Source: Oculina patagonica
Taxonomy: Eukaryota
Length of the DNA stretch: 64,000 nt
NCBI RefSeq assembly: GCF_052425735.1
Contig: NC_135761.1
Coordinates: 38,688,001 to 38,752,000 of the forward strand
Reading direction: 5' to 3'
Shown here piece after piece: positions 37,384 through 49,560 of this stretch. Numbering within the stretch: the first letter of the stretch is position 1; each line of letters opens with the position of its first letter. The position numbers were made by a program, and so were the translations under genes. Under the pieces are notes generated by a model. The model did not search any database and was not told the origin of the DNA. It saw only the letters and a program-made list of their open reading frames with translations.

Positions 37384-38271
37384 ATAAAGGAAGTTAGAAA
37401 ACGCATACAAGAGATTATCGACGGACCTGGATCAATGGGAGGGTAACGGACAGTCTGGCACACATTGGAATTAGAGGGATTCAGAGTCCCAAGAATGGTG
37501 GCACAGGAAATTATTAGAGAGCTTGATCCTGAAGGAACAGAATTGCGTAAGAGACATTGCTTAAAAAGGAGAGAATACCATAACCCAGGTCCCAACTATG
37601 CGTGGCATGTCGATGGTTACGATAAGCTTAAGCCCTGGGGATTCCCAATTCATGGTTGTATAGATGGCTATAGTTGACGTATCATGTGGTTGGAGGTGGC
37701 ACGTTCAAATAATCTACCAGAGTACCCAGCAATGTATTATGTAGACGCAGTGAGGGATCTAGGAGGCTGCCCTGTTGAAGTTGTAACTGACTTGGGAACT
37801 GAAAATGGTTTACTGGCATCTATTGAGGGATGGTGGTCATTCTATTCCAAGAACAGATCATCATGCTGGAGAAATTTTTTTCAAGATTTGGAAACGGATG
37901 GCAAAATTGACATGACCTCTGAAATGAATAAAGAATGTTTGTGGTATTGTTTCTCTGGGGTGCTCCAAGCAGATTGCGATGCTGTCAAAGAACATTGGAA
38001 CACTCATTATATTAGACGTTCTAGGCATAATACAGTAAGAGGCAGACCAGATTCATTATTTTTTTTGCCAGAGTATCATGGTGCTGTAAACAATCTTTTG
38101 TCAAGTGTTGAACCTAATGAAATTGAGTGTGTGTCCCAACAAATCATTGTCACACAAGGCACTGACGAATATCAAGAATATTTCGACTATGTTGTTGAAG
38201 GTCTCGACATTGAAGTTCCTACTACTTGGAAAGAAGCTTTGCAGCAATATGAAAAGTTGACACATTGCTGA
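37384..38271 (+). pseudogene. IS3EU-like integrase-core DDE transposase, 5'-truncated, 2 in-frame stops
   Basis: RREYHNPGPNYAWHVDGYDKLKPWGFPIHGCIDGYS*RIMWL..SNN.P..TDLGTEN..WNTHYIR. Confidence 0.85.
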
Positions 38272-39152
38272 ATTCGGATTCTCTCCATAAATCTGCGCCC
38301 TTATCCAAGCAAGGTACACATTATTTTTACTACAAGATCTGTTTCATAGCAGTATCTCTTACCACACACATGTATTTCAAAGAACACTTGAATCATACTG
38401 GCTGTAAATGTGCTGTCAAAAATGTAACTATTGTGGATGGTTTTGAGATTTTATGCTGACTGACGATGAGCCACAAATAATTTGTAAGAGGAGTACTACA
38501 GAGGTACTACATATTGTAAAGTTACTACATATTACAAACTGGCCTTAGTGATGCCCTTGTTTACATTGACCCTAAAAAAAGAAACTGATATATGTAAAAG
38601 GCTGATAATGTACATGGTTGGGAAGTGACATTCTGATTCTAAATTTAAGGCCTTTGAAACTGTCAATGAAAATAATTCTTCTTTAATAAATATCATTTAT
38701 TAAATCAACAATAACACTATTAATTTATTCTCACGTATATTGGGTGTCTTCCCTTTTGCAACTTAACATTTAGCAGTTAAAATTGTACAATGTTGTTCTC
38801 AACCATTGAAAGCACACTGGTATTATGCTCTCCTTTTACTGCTATAGTTTACATTCATCAACGGAAAACAGGAACAAAACTAATAATAGGTGCAATTATA
38901 CCACAAATGCATCTGCAAATGACTTACTTCATTGTCAATACATCAGTTGACAGAACAAAACGCAGCTGAACAGCAGCTTCTCTATTAAACGCAAACATAA
39001 GAAAAACTTTCAAACGACTAGTGGTCAGGTAGAATCTCAAACCTGTCCCTTTTTGTGGAGTGCACAAACATGGTAACACAAAACCTCTCATTCAAGGGCA
39101 AGAAATGCTGTCAAAAGTAGTAAAGACATGGTAGTGTTGCAACAATTATAAT

Positions 39153-40817
39153 TTATCGTCGCCCAAAAGCCTGGCCCTTGCAATACGCTAATAGAAAGAC
39201 ACGTGTAAAATCTTCAGGCACCTCCATATGCTTCACTGGAAATGTCACAGTTCTCCCGCAAGCAGAGACAACAGGGAAACATATGGTGTGACGTGGATTT
39301 CTCTGCGCACAGTCATGATCAAACATAACAGTGATGGAAAGATCATCGCCATTAACTGGCTTGTGTTGCTGTCCTGTGAGCCACCCTAGAACATCTGGTG
39401 GGTTAAGCACTGCAGACTGAAAGTTCCCAGGGAGCTCGTCTGCCTCTGACTGGTTTGTTTCTGTTGGTTCTCTTTCTTGAAGCTTGTCTTTGTTATTCCA
39501 AGCCAGCATTTCGGAGTAGCCCGACAAGTTTTCATCCTCAAATCTCATAAGCAAATCATGGAAATTATCAATGACTGCTTCCTCGATTTCTCTCCTGGAG
39601 CTGCCCTCTTGTGAATATTCAGGCTTCAACACTGAAACAATGTAATTTGCATCAACAATGTTTGCATTAGAATGTTTCACAAAAAGTGGCTTGCAAAGAT
39701 CAGCATTGCCCTTTACCAGACTCTCCAAACCATAGAGCTCAAGACCTTTTCCAAACTCTTTGAGAAACAAGGACCTTCTACTGATGAGACTCACCATCAC
39801 TGTACCAGTTATGTCATTTACATGCTCTAAATCAACAATGCCTGTATAGCCATGCTCCAAAATGGTATCCTGATGGGTAACTGGATTTTCTCTGATACTT
39901 TCCAACAATGATTTCTCGCTAGGGGTCAAGTGGATGTCTTCCTTCAAGTCATTCACATCAATATCAGGACTGACCAGCATCTGAAATGCACACTCAGTTA
40001 AAAAGCAGGGAGGTGGTCCTCCTTGCACAAGACTGACTGCTACAATTTGCCCACAGGCTAGAAAAAAGCCATTATGAACATGTAACATGGAGTCTATGGG
40101 CACACCGTCCGGGAAAAAAACCTTTCCCATTTCACGTACGGCATTTCCTAGGAATTCTTTGGCCATAGCACCGCTGTCAATGCCGTCTTCCCCTGCAAAG
40201 TGTACTCGCAAGAGTTTTGCGGGAGAGCTTTTTTTTGATTCCCGCTGCCAAATCTTCAGTTGCCTCTGGAAAGATGAACCTCTCCTGACTACAAGAAAAA
40301 ATTGATCAGATTCGTCCACAGAGCTCCCAAGGGATCTTAAAAGCTGTTCGATACTTGTAAACTGTGTCAGCTTCTCTTCAGGGAACTTTGGTACTGTTGT
40401 TGTATTGGTCATAGCAGCAACAGGGCCAATACTAAGCATGGGTGAATCCTCTTGGATCCTAACATGGCCACTTGTAGGATTTGAAGCACTTTTGCTATCA
40501 TCTATTCCAGCATCAAAATGGCCTGCTTCCTGGTCAAATTCAAACTGGAGGCTCTTTGCTAGCTCTTCGTCTCCATCGATTTCTGTTTTTGCCTTCTTTC
40601 CTGGTCTCGACTGCAACTCTTCAACTGACATTTCACTTTCACTGCTGTTCCCCTCTTGGTGACTCTTTTCAGCACTATTGATGTCTGTGGTTGTACATAG
40701 GTAGAGGACAATTCTCTTGTAGTCTTTTCCTATTTCTTCGTGATACCTTTGAAGGATGAAAAATTCAACAGTTCCTGGCAGGAATTGGGCTTGTTTCCCA
40801 TCTTCAAAGACCAGCAT
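39153..40817 (-). CDS. HECT-domain E3 ubiquitin ligase-like (G2E3-type), large terminal exon, 554 aa open
   Basis: VHFAGEDGIDSGAMAKEF, GQIVAVSLVQGGPPP, FPVVSAC (catalytic Cys position), C-terminal FG; DEELAKSLQ MIU-like motif. Confidence 0.8.
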   Translation of the reverse strand: MLVFEDGKQAQFLPGTVEFFILQRYHEEIGKDYKRIVLYLCTTTDINSAEKSHQEGNSSESEMSVEELQSRPGKKAKTEIDGDEELAKSLQFEFDQEAGHFDAGIDDSKSASNPTSGHVRIQEDSPMLSIGPVAAMTNTTTVPKFPEEKLTQFTSIEQLLRSLGSSVDESDQFFLVVRRGSSFQRQLKIWQRESKKSSPAKLLRVHFAGEDGIDSGAMAKEFLGNAVREMGKVFFPDGVPIDSMLHVHNGFFLACGQIVAVSLVQGGPPPCFLTECAFQMLVSPDIDVNDLKEDIHLTPSEKSLLESIRENPVTHQDTILEHGYTGIVDLEHVNDITGTVMVSLISRRSLFLKEFGKGLELYGLESLVKGNADLCKPLFVKHSNANIVDANYIVSVLKPEYSQEGSSRREIEEAVIDNFHDLLMRFEDENLSGYSEMLAWNNKDKLQEREPTETNQSEADELPGNFQSAVLNPPDVLGWLTGQQHKPVNGDDLSITVMFDHDCAQRNPRHTICFPVVSACGRTVTFPVKHMEVPEDFTRVFLLAYCKGQAFGRR

Positions 40818-41410
40818 ATATTCTTCTTCTTCTATGTAGAGTTGGCTTTGGTATTTTCAATTTTACTTAGCGTGCTATAACGTGCTGTTCAACAGATGTA
40901 ACATTTATTCCCTGAAGAAGTGTAAAATTATTGGAGACGAAAAGCGACAAATAAACAAAGAGATGTTAACAATCATGAAATGAAGGTTCTCTTTGGCTCA
41001 CTAGTTCTAATTAAAAAAGAAAATTACATCTAATTGGCCATAGGTGAGTGCAGGTGAGCGATAACGAGGGCAATACCTCACACTGATGGAGCATGGAGGT
41101 TTCTTGAGTTACACCAGCCCACAAGTTTAATACAGATAGCAATTGACAACGATGGCTTTTCTGTCGTGTGTTCTACGTGTCTTTGAGCAAATAAGTATGG
41201 CCTAACCTTTTACATCCTCTGATATTCGTGACTGATCATGAGCTGACGATGTGGAAGCAAACCCTTGAGGCACAAATAAAAGACAAAGCACACGGTAAAT
41301 TTAACATTTAGCGTTGTCATGAAGCGAATGAAAACAGGCTTCTTGAGATTAAAAAGTATAAGAAATATCAATTTTCGCATCATATGCAAAGTAATAGTTA
41401 TCAAATGTTA

Positions 41411-41499
41411 CCTTGACCACATCTGGCACAAAAGTTTGCCGTTGACACAGCCTCAGCGCCACAGTTTGAACAAAACATATTGGAGCTGGACGCGGCCAT
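41411..41499 (-). CDS. Probable first exon of the HECT gene: zinc ribbon
   Basis: MAASSSNMFCSNCGAEAVSTANFCARCGQG followed by a GTAAC donor. Confidence 0.55.
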
Positions 41500-41558
41500 G
41501 TTGGATTCATTCCCAACAACTCGTGCAAACTCAACACAGGTAGTGTCCAGGGCCCACG

Positions 41559-41926
41559 GCCGTGAGCTGTTTTTGTTTTTGCCGTGAGCTTTTTGTTTTT
41601 GCCGTGGAGTTTTTGTTTTTGCCGTGTGCTTTTTGGTTTTGCCGTGGCTTTTTGTTTTTGCCGTGGTGTTTTTGTTTTTGCCGTGGTGTTTTTGGTTTAA
41701 CCGTGAGCTTTTTGGTTTTGCCGTGAGCTTTTTGGTTTTGCCGTGGTGTTTTTGGTTTTGCCGTGAGCTTTTTGGTTTTGCCGTGGTGTTTTTGGTTTTG
41801 CCGTGAGCTTTTTGGTTTGGCCGTGAGCTTTTTGATTTTGCCGTGAGCTTTTTGATTTTGCCGTGAGCTTTTTGGTTTTGCCGTGAGCTTTTTGGTTTTG
41901 CTGTGAGCTTTTTGGTTTTGCCGTGA
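41559..41926. repeat. Subterminal minisatellite, about 18 copies of 20 bp (GCCGTGAGCTTTTTGGTTTT)
   Basis: Directly visible; ends 18 bp from the element terminus. Confidence 0.95.
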
Positions 41927-42223
41927 CAGTTATGGGCCACCGTACCATCTCCCTTACTAACCCTTGGACTCAACCCTCTCGCATTTCTTTTTATTTTTTA
42001 CCAGGAGTTATTTGCCCTCTGTTCACTTATTGCATTCCATCGTTGCTAAGCAAGTTGTGTTATCTCCAAAATAACAATTGTGAGAAGCGTGGGGGAGAAC
42101 AAGTTTCATTTTTGTCCTGTCAGTTTAGTATGCAGAGCAAAATATCAAGAAAGAACGTATTTGTGCCTTGGGGGATTAGTTATAATTTCTACCAAATTTC
42201 CTATTCAAAGGAAATTTGAAAGC

Positions 42224-42328
42224 TTATTACAAAGTGTGACAACTTGTTATTACAAAGTGTGACAGTTTTATTACAAAGTGCGACAGGTATTACAAAGTGC
42301 AATGATTATTATAAAGTGCGACAGAACA
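42224..42328. repeat. Five TATTACAAAGTGYGACA-like repeats ending in ACA, probably a TGT..ACA transposon end
   Basis: Visible ~20-bp repeats ending GTGCGACAGAACA. Confidence 0.6.
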
Positions 42329-42669
42329 GTCCTCCTTGATCATTCAACAAATGCCATCCAGTTTTGAACTGCGACTCGGAGATCGGTTGGTTTTCATCCA
42401 TCATTGTTGGAGATTTTCTGTCGTCCTTGTTTCAACGAACCACGTTTTACAACCTCTACTTTTTTGAACATTCTCTTTTAACTTCTCTCCGTCGGCTAGT
42501 ATCTCTATAACTGCTAACAATTTGCCCTCACAGTGCTTGTAGTTTGATAACAACCTACAAGATACATGACCAATGGTCATAATTAGATTTTAGCATCACC
42601 TTTATGGATAAATTTTTTTTGTTAAGAAAACTGTTTAACCTGCCATGTAACTTCGAAGTACTGTTTGAG

Positions 42670-43080
42670 ACTTTGAGACATGCTTCTTATATTCCTCTAC
42701 CATAAACCACGCAGAATCTGATTTATCGGCAAGAAGAATGTGCTTTTGTCTTTTGACAAGTAATTTCTCACCTTCCTCCAGGTCTGCTTTAACTTTGTCT
42801 AGCTGCAACTTATGAGCGGAAGACTTGGCGTCGTTGAGTTTCCACTAATTTGAGGTTGAATTTGTATTGATACTCATTAGCTTTACACTTAAATGTGCGA
42901 GGCTCACTGAACTTGAGCTTTTTTAACTCCTTCATTTGAAGGTCCGCGGCATTCTCAAAGGACCGTTTAATTTGGCTGACGGTGTCCTGCAGGAGATCCT
43001 TGAAGGAACTCTTCAGCTGCTGGTTGTTAGCGCTGTTAACAGCCAAAACTTTGTCCTTAATAATCAACATAGCGAACACA
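42670..43080 (-). mobile_element. DIRS-like ORF1 (gag) fragment
   Basis: FKCKANEYQYKFN then, frameshifted, LEEGEKLLVKRQKHILLADKS..VEEY. Confidence 0.6.
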
Positions 43081-43620
43081 ATATTAAAACTGAGAGGAAG
43101 CTCATTTGTCAGAAATTACATGACAGAGCACAGTTCCAGCAGCTTGTAAGGATGCCATGGCTTCCTGGACTGCTTTGCTGCTGGGACGTAGGGATAGCTC
43201 CTCACCTCCGGGTCTAAGGAATGGCTCCTCACCACCCTTCTTATGCTAAAAAATGGCCAGAGAGAAATAGAATTATTTTTTTGATGTCTTCACATAATAC
43301 TTCAACCTTGAGTCCGGCTGAGGACTCAAGGTTGGAGATTGCAAGATTACAAAAAACCGTTCACCTAATACTCCTACCTTGAGTCCTGCTGAGGACCTCT
43401 GCAGACGGCAAGACTATAAAAAAAACATTCAGCACAAATCAAAAACTGTTTTGAAAAAAAGTAAGCCAAAGATAGTATTGGATTATTATATTTACAAAAT
43501 GTGCTTGTTTTTTTTGTTTCCACCCTTAAAAAAGATGTAGAAGTGACTCCATCATAATTACATCAAACCTGCTGAAATGTATACAAATATTTGACCATTC
43601 AAAAATAACTAAATGTTCTC

Positions 43621-44025
43621 TTTCCATGTCTTGACTTAATGCAATTTCATTTCTTTTTCAATTAAGGCTAAAAAGAAGGCATGCATTGGGTCTACTACAC
43701 ACATTCTTTGCAGGTTGAAGTAAGGCAGTCTTGCTAATTCTGAATATCGCACCCCATTCTTCTTGGCAATTTCTTGGGCTTCTGTTTTGTTTGTTTGCCT
43801 TTAACCATTCTTTTTCCCTGTTCTTAATGGTCACGTTGCTTCTAGACGTGAGTCTTTTCATTTTGATAAAGTAGCTCATCCTTCCAGTCTGTTTTCCACA
43901 ATCGTCACATTCTCTTTTGCCTCTGAGCAGACATCTGCTGCATCCTAATAATGCCTCACGCCCCAGAAATTGCGATATTTTCTGAATGGTGGGTATATTA
44001 CCTGAAACACAAAGTAACATGTCCT
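43621..44025 (-). mobile_element. CACTA/EnSpm transposase pseudogene, copy C
   Basis: Highly similar to 33335-33735. Confidence 0.75.
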
Positions 44026-44203
44026 AAATACTGTAAAAGGAATGTTACGTGTGTGAGCAATCAATCAATTAAAAAAGAACAAAGACAACCAAAATCATTT
44101 ATTAACAAAATTTAGAAACACTTATAATGCACATGTTTGCTGTTGATAAGAAAACAAAAATATTGTATCCATGCATTGATGTCATTCTAGTTATGATGTT
44201 ATT

Positions 44204-44830
44204 ATGCCAACAAGAAAATGCCAGGTAGCAAAGTTGGATGCCTTGTACCTCGTTTTGTACAGATGTTGGAGGTTGTGTTCACATCAAGACAGAAGTTTCA
44301 CGGCTTCTCACAACTGGCAGGCATGGAAAATACTGGAAATCCTGCAAATTTCCATTTTCTTTTGGCTCATTGTCTGTACAGGAGTCTACATTTAAAGGTA
44401 CCATGGCTTTCTTCAACATGTCCTTTATAAGGTTACATAAAGCATTTGGGAGGTGATCTTCTATTAGGCTAATTATATCAAACACTAGTGGACAGGACTG
44501 TTGGAGAAGAAGAAGATCATGGCGTGACTGTTTGACAGGTACATTATTCACTAGTTTTTTATACAATGGTTCTGGTGACTTGCATTGTGGAAGAAGAGCA
44601 CAAACAGGCGACGATTTGCTTAAAGCTATGTAAATAGCAGATAAAGGTGGAGGAAAGGCATGATCAATGCCATAGGTGGAGATGCACCAAGTGAGGAAAT
44701 TATCTAATGTAGGAGAACAATGCTGCAACTCTACATGCAGTGATTACATAGTAGTTTCATCAACACTACTGGTATCTTTTCCAGTTTAATCAAGCAACTG
44801 TCTGGAGTACTTTTCAATAAGATATACTTG
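44204..44830 (-). pseudogene. KDZ (Kyakuja-Dileera-Zisupton / HMGXB3-like) transposase fragment
   Basis: ALSKSSPVC..LLQQSCP..YFPCLPVVRSR then CTKRGTRHPTLLPGIF. Confidence 0.6.
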
Positions 44831-44919
44831 TTCACGGTGACTAGTAAAGATGAAAAGAAAGCATTTTAATTATGTAATATCAATGATTATTTGCCATAAA
44901 AAATATTTCATGACACTAT

Positions 44920-45320
44920 TTTTATTATTATTAAATAAGATTATCTTAAATTGCTAGAAAAAAAAATGCCATTTAGTGTTAAAATCTTTTACTTTATCAG
45001 ACGTGGCTGCGATATATTCTCTAGTTTCATCTTTTCCCGCACAAGAGAGATGAAATCTTGAAACTGGAACTTAATAGTATCTAATGCTTTAATATATATA
45101 AAATACTTGCCTAAGATGATGAGATGGTTGAGAGCTAAACAGTGAGTGTGACTGCGAATAATTCCAAACATGACGTCTCACTCCGAAAGACTCAATTTCG
45201 TGTTACTTAAAAACGAATACCAATCTTGGAATTTATTCCAAAAAGAGGTTGCCTGCGGGCAGTGAACAAACATATGCAATATGGTTTGACACTCAGAAGG
45301 ACAAAAAGGGACAATTGTAT
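44920..45320 (-). mobile_element. L1/Tx1 LINE ORF2 C-terminal fragment
   Basis: CPFC..QTILHMFVHCPQATSFWNKFQDW (zf-RVT like), LNHLIILGKYFIY. Confidence 0.75.
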
Positions 45321-46594
45321 ATTTAAGTCATTATTATATTCTTTTGGGTTGTGTATGTGTTTGTGTATCAACCATTTAGGTTTTGCCCAAATATTGTATG
45401 TACTAAATGAATCAAAGATAGTTAGCTTAAATAAGGAATTAGATGTTGAATTGATGCTAAACAATTATAGTTGCACTGGATATTGCAAACCAATATGCAT
45501 GCATGTTGCCAGTGTTAAATGCTGAAGAATTTTGTTAGATAATTACCCGTTGCAATGCAAAGGGCTATCCATGTTATCACTGGCTTTTTCCAAAATTCCC
45601 TTTATTATGGCCACCATAACTTGGACCTCATTTCGCAGCAAGACAACACTGCTATACTTGTTTTTTTCATTCAGTGACTATTTTAAATGTGACAAATTAG
45701 CAGAGGAACTTCAGGCTTGTGAAGTTTCCCTTAGAGAAAAGAAAAATATTTAGATTGAAAGCTACATATGGTTTGATTTTGCCTTCACTAATGGTATGAC
45801 CTGATTCACAATTAACTCTGATGAATCTTCTTAGCACAATTCCTTTGGTATCCAGAAGATACTTGTGGCTGGTGGTGAAAGTGGCCTCTTGTATTCGTAA
45901 AGCAATGGTGACAGGAGTGTGATGGCACAATGTCGAACACCGGCAACAAAGACAACTTGAAGGAAACCTTTTTTTGGACATAAAAGCTCACAATTAACAA
46001 TACGTATCCCCTATGATCAATTCACACAACTCACAAGACTTCTCAAACTAAGTAAACATAACCTCCACACATAAAGCAACAAGAACCAAAACTGGACTTT
46101 ACAATCAACCCCAAAACGTTTTAATTTAAATACACGCCGAACCACGGTCAAATAATTAAACGCAGCCATTTTTTTTGCATTTTTTTAAGAAGTATTTCAA
46201 AATTTCTTCTGCGCTACACGTAAGAGCTGCAACATATATGCATCTTATGGCTCATGTGCCTTTAAGCAGTATGAAAGTTAGTTGTTCCCATCGTCAGGGA
46301 GTATTGCGTGTTTTTTTCCATTTGGAAATTCCCTGCAAAAATTGCAAAACATTTTGTTTTCTTCTTATCAATGTACTTGGTTTTTGTTTCCACTTTTATT
46401 AGATAAACAACCGAAATACCCCAATAACAGCATCATATAAGGTTCCATTGTTTTGGCAAGGTTGGGTTAAATTATGAGGAATTGAGGAAAACAGGTTTTA
46501 AGGTGGAAGGTAAAATTTAAGCTTCTGGCAAACTGAGGCAAGAAAGTTCTATTAGAATGATGATCCTGACGAAATCAAATTAGTAGATTCAACT

Positions 46595-46960
46595 CAACAA
46601 TACAATACACATTTTATTGACACCTCCCCATGGGGGCTTTTCAGACACAATAAAAAAAATATAATAAAAAGTCTAAAAAATTATTGATAAAACTATGTAC
46701 AATAATAGAATAAAAATTCTCAGAAATGCTAACAATTGTCTATAAAAAGAAACTGCTAAAACTAATTACATGTAGAGTTTATGACATAAAAAACTGATTT
46801 AAAAGATAAGCTTTCATTTTGCCTTTAAAAATAATAAGCGATTCACTCAATTTAAAATGGGTTTCAGTGCATTCCACTAAGTTACAGTTCTGTAATAAAA
46901 AGATCAATGTCACGACTTGGTCTTAAAAAGCAGTATGTAAAGCTGCATAGAAGATGTAGT
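46595..46960 (-). mobile_element. LINE (L2/CR1 group) 3' end
   Basis: SFYYRTVT*WNAL; AATAAA plus a (TATTG)n tail on the minus strand. Confidence 0.55.
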
Positions 46961-48699
46961 CTCTGGACCCTTCCGCTCTGGAGATAAACAAACTACAAAA
47001 ATTCTGCCTCAATATTGAGAGGATCAATGTGACCCACAGAAAATACAGGAAAGATAATGTATGTCCTTTTCACAATGGTAACGAGGAACACAGACAACAC
47101 TGTTTATAGGTCAGCAAAATGCACTTTGAAGGTGAACAATAGAGATTGTTTTAGTTGTTAATACATGCCGAGAGGCCACAAAACTCGTTAAAGCCTCTTG
47201 CACTTTGGTGCATTAATATCTCATTAACATTCTGGCAAATTTGTTAATACCCTATTAATTTTTTTAACAGAATTAACTCATGCAAAAATAAACCTTGAGT
47301 TTTCGGCCTCAGAAGAAATTCACAGTTTTTACATCTCAGGTATCTATGCGGTCAGTGCTACTCTTGGAGTGGAAATGAAGTCTGTTCTGCAATTTAATAA
47401 CAGCAATGCAAGGCCCTTGATCGATGTTCTGTCGTTGATGACTGAGTTCATAGCTTCAGTTGGCATAGGGCTGAGAAGGAGCGTTTGCAACTGATGCTTC
47501 CGACAGGCATGATTAGAAAGATCGACAGCACCTTCTAAATGGTAGGAAATTGAGGGCGTATCTTGTCTATATAAACTCAATCGTATTCATTGAAATCCAA
47601 TTTGTTATCAGAAGGTAGACTGTCATTACATTTAGCCGATTCAGAGTCTTCATCTTCCTACTTGCCTGTGCGTGCATTGTCAACATTTCTGTTAAAAAAT
47701 GTAACAATTAAGGTTTAGTTACAGGGAGTAAAATCATTAACACAAACCAAGAGAGCGGATTTTTCAAGCACTTACCACCATTTGCATCGTTACGCGACAC
47801 CAGAGATCAAAACACCCGCAGAAACTTTTCCAAGATTCCTGTCAATCAAAGTTTGAAGGAGTTTCAATTCCAACGTTTTGCTCAATCGCTCTCGAAAGCG
47901 AACGGGTCATAAATAATATTTATTCCGTGGCTAGATCTCTTTCAACTGTTTTTAACAGGTCGAAATTAATACTTTTAATAGCTAAGTTGTCAAAAAGGGC
48001 TTTGTCTCGCTAAACCGAATAACTGCATTAAAAATTAAAAAGGTTTGAAACTTAATGTTCAGGGAGCAGTAAAACGTATAGCAGCACCGTCTTCATCGTG
48101 TAAAATTAATTTTTAGATAAGATTCGTAAACCTCTTACTTTCATTCGGTTCACAATTGCAAAAGACTTGAAACTGAATCGGAAGTCTTGATGAAATCTTC
48201 AAAAAGCCTTTGCTGTGTAATAAAGTAAAATTTGAACATTTTTGTGTAAACTTTGATTAAAGGCAATCTTGAAAACGTCTTTGATTTCTTGCATAGCATA
48301 TCAATGCAAACGGTGATTAAAAGATGGTCATGAACTCTGGTTGATAGATTCTAAAAGTGGTTCTCTTCCATCTCTTATTATTTATCCTTACTGTCAATCA
48401 ATCATATATAAGGGTGTAGGGTTCTACTTAAAACTATATGGACATACAAAATTTCAGGGTATTAGGGATAACTCATTAAATTAAATAATTTTAGGGAAAA
48501 GGGTCTAACTTCTTGAATTTCTGGATAATGACATTCAAAAATAAATAATAGCAATATTTTTGTATACGAAACAATAAGGAGAACAGCAATTTGTCTATTT
48601 ATGGAAGTGGTGGGCTTACTTGCTTTGAAAGGCCACAAGGGTATGACTGCAGTATTTTGAAGTTCTGGATACCCATCCTCCTCCACTGTCGCTGCCAGA

Positions 48700-49560
48700 G
48701 TCGTCATCATCTGTCGACATATGACGCTTATTCAAGCTAGTGAAAGCTCGGGCCTCTTAATCAAATCAGCTGAAGTAAGTCGTGCACCTCTGACACCACC
48801 ATGATATGAAATAGCTCTTCTTAGATCATCAGCATTTTCCACATCATATCCTTCATCAATGTAGCGGAGAACAGGTGCCTTGGTGGTGGCCTATTTTCTG
48901 TTGTATGAACCCTTGCCACCTTGCGCTTTTATATCAGTCACTTACTTTGTGCATTGACAAGCAGGTAACATGATGATACTATGGGAACTACCTGCATTAT
49001 CCTGTTGAGGAAAGGTGGATGGTATTTCTTGATGCTCTTTCTTTATCTCCTGCAGTGTGTGTCTGTTACAGGGACAACTTATTTTACCTGCATCTTCCTG
49101 TGTTGGGCACATGTAGGAGATGTGCCCCTTACCATTACATTTGAAGCATATTTCTGTCAACAATTTTGAAAATATATTGAAGCAAATTTAGTAATTGAAG
49201 AAGAATGAAATTGTTTTAACTTTGTAACATATGCACTTATAATCCACAGCAGTGTGTCGTATTATGCTGACCACCACATTACTGTCTTGGTTACAATTCT
49301 CGAATATGTTAACATAGGATTGATGCTGCAGTTATAAACCCTTGCCATTTTGCCTCGACTGTGGCTCCTTCTTTGCTGTATGAACCATTGCCACCTTGCG
49401 GGTCGCTAAGTCCCCTCTCTTAACTTGTGTCTTATTAGGCTAACCACCACATCATATGTACACAGACTTGATGCTGTCTTCATGCCTATGCACAACAACA
49501 CTGATGTGCCATGAGATGCCCCTTTTTGCAAACCAATCAGCCAACCAACCAATTATCTTT
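48700..49560 (-). mobile_element. Sola-type (probably Sola3) transposase, shuffled fragments
   Basis: DWFAKRGISWHISV; QDNAG; GGKGSYNRK..TKAPVLRYIDEGYDV. Confidence 0.65.

Larger units (their letters stand above)
37384..41944. mobile_element. IS3EU-like DNA transposon (right part) with convergent transposase and HECT genes
   Basis: Terminus reads TACGGTGGCCC on the minus strand from 41944 (TAY type), with a subterminal 20-bp array; left end missing. Confidence 0.7.

Noticed and set aside
39153-40817. Assigning the symbol G2E3
   Set aside because: No PHD/RING N-terminus and a transposon context; family resemblance only
41559-41926. CRISPR-like array
   Set aside because: Units are contiguous with no unique spacers and no cas genes; eukaryotic minisatellite
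41401-41973. Lys-rich, histone-H1-like ORFs (190, 83 and 60 aa)
   Set aside because: Translations of the stop-free minisatellite; only the final zinc-ribbon segment looks coding
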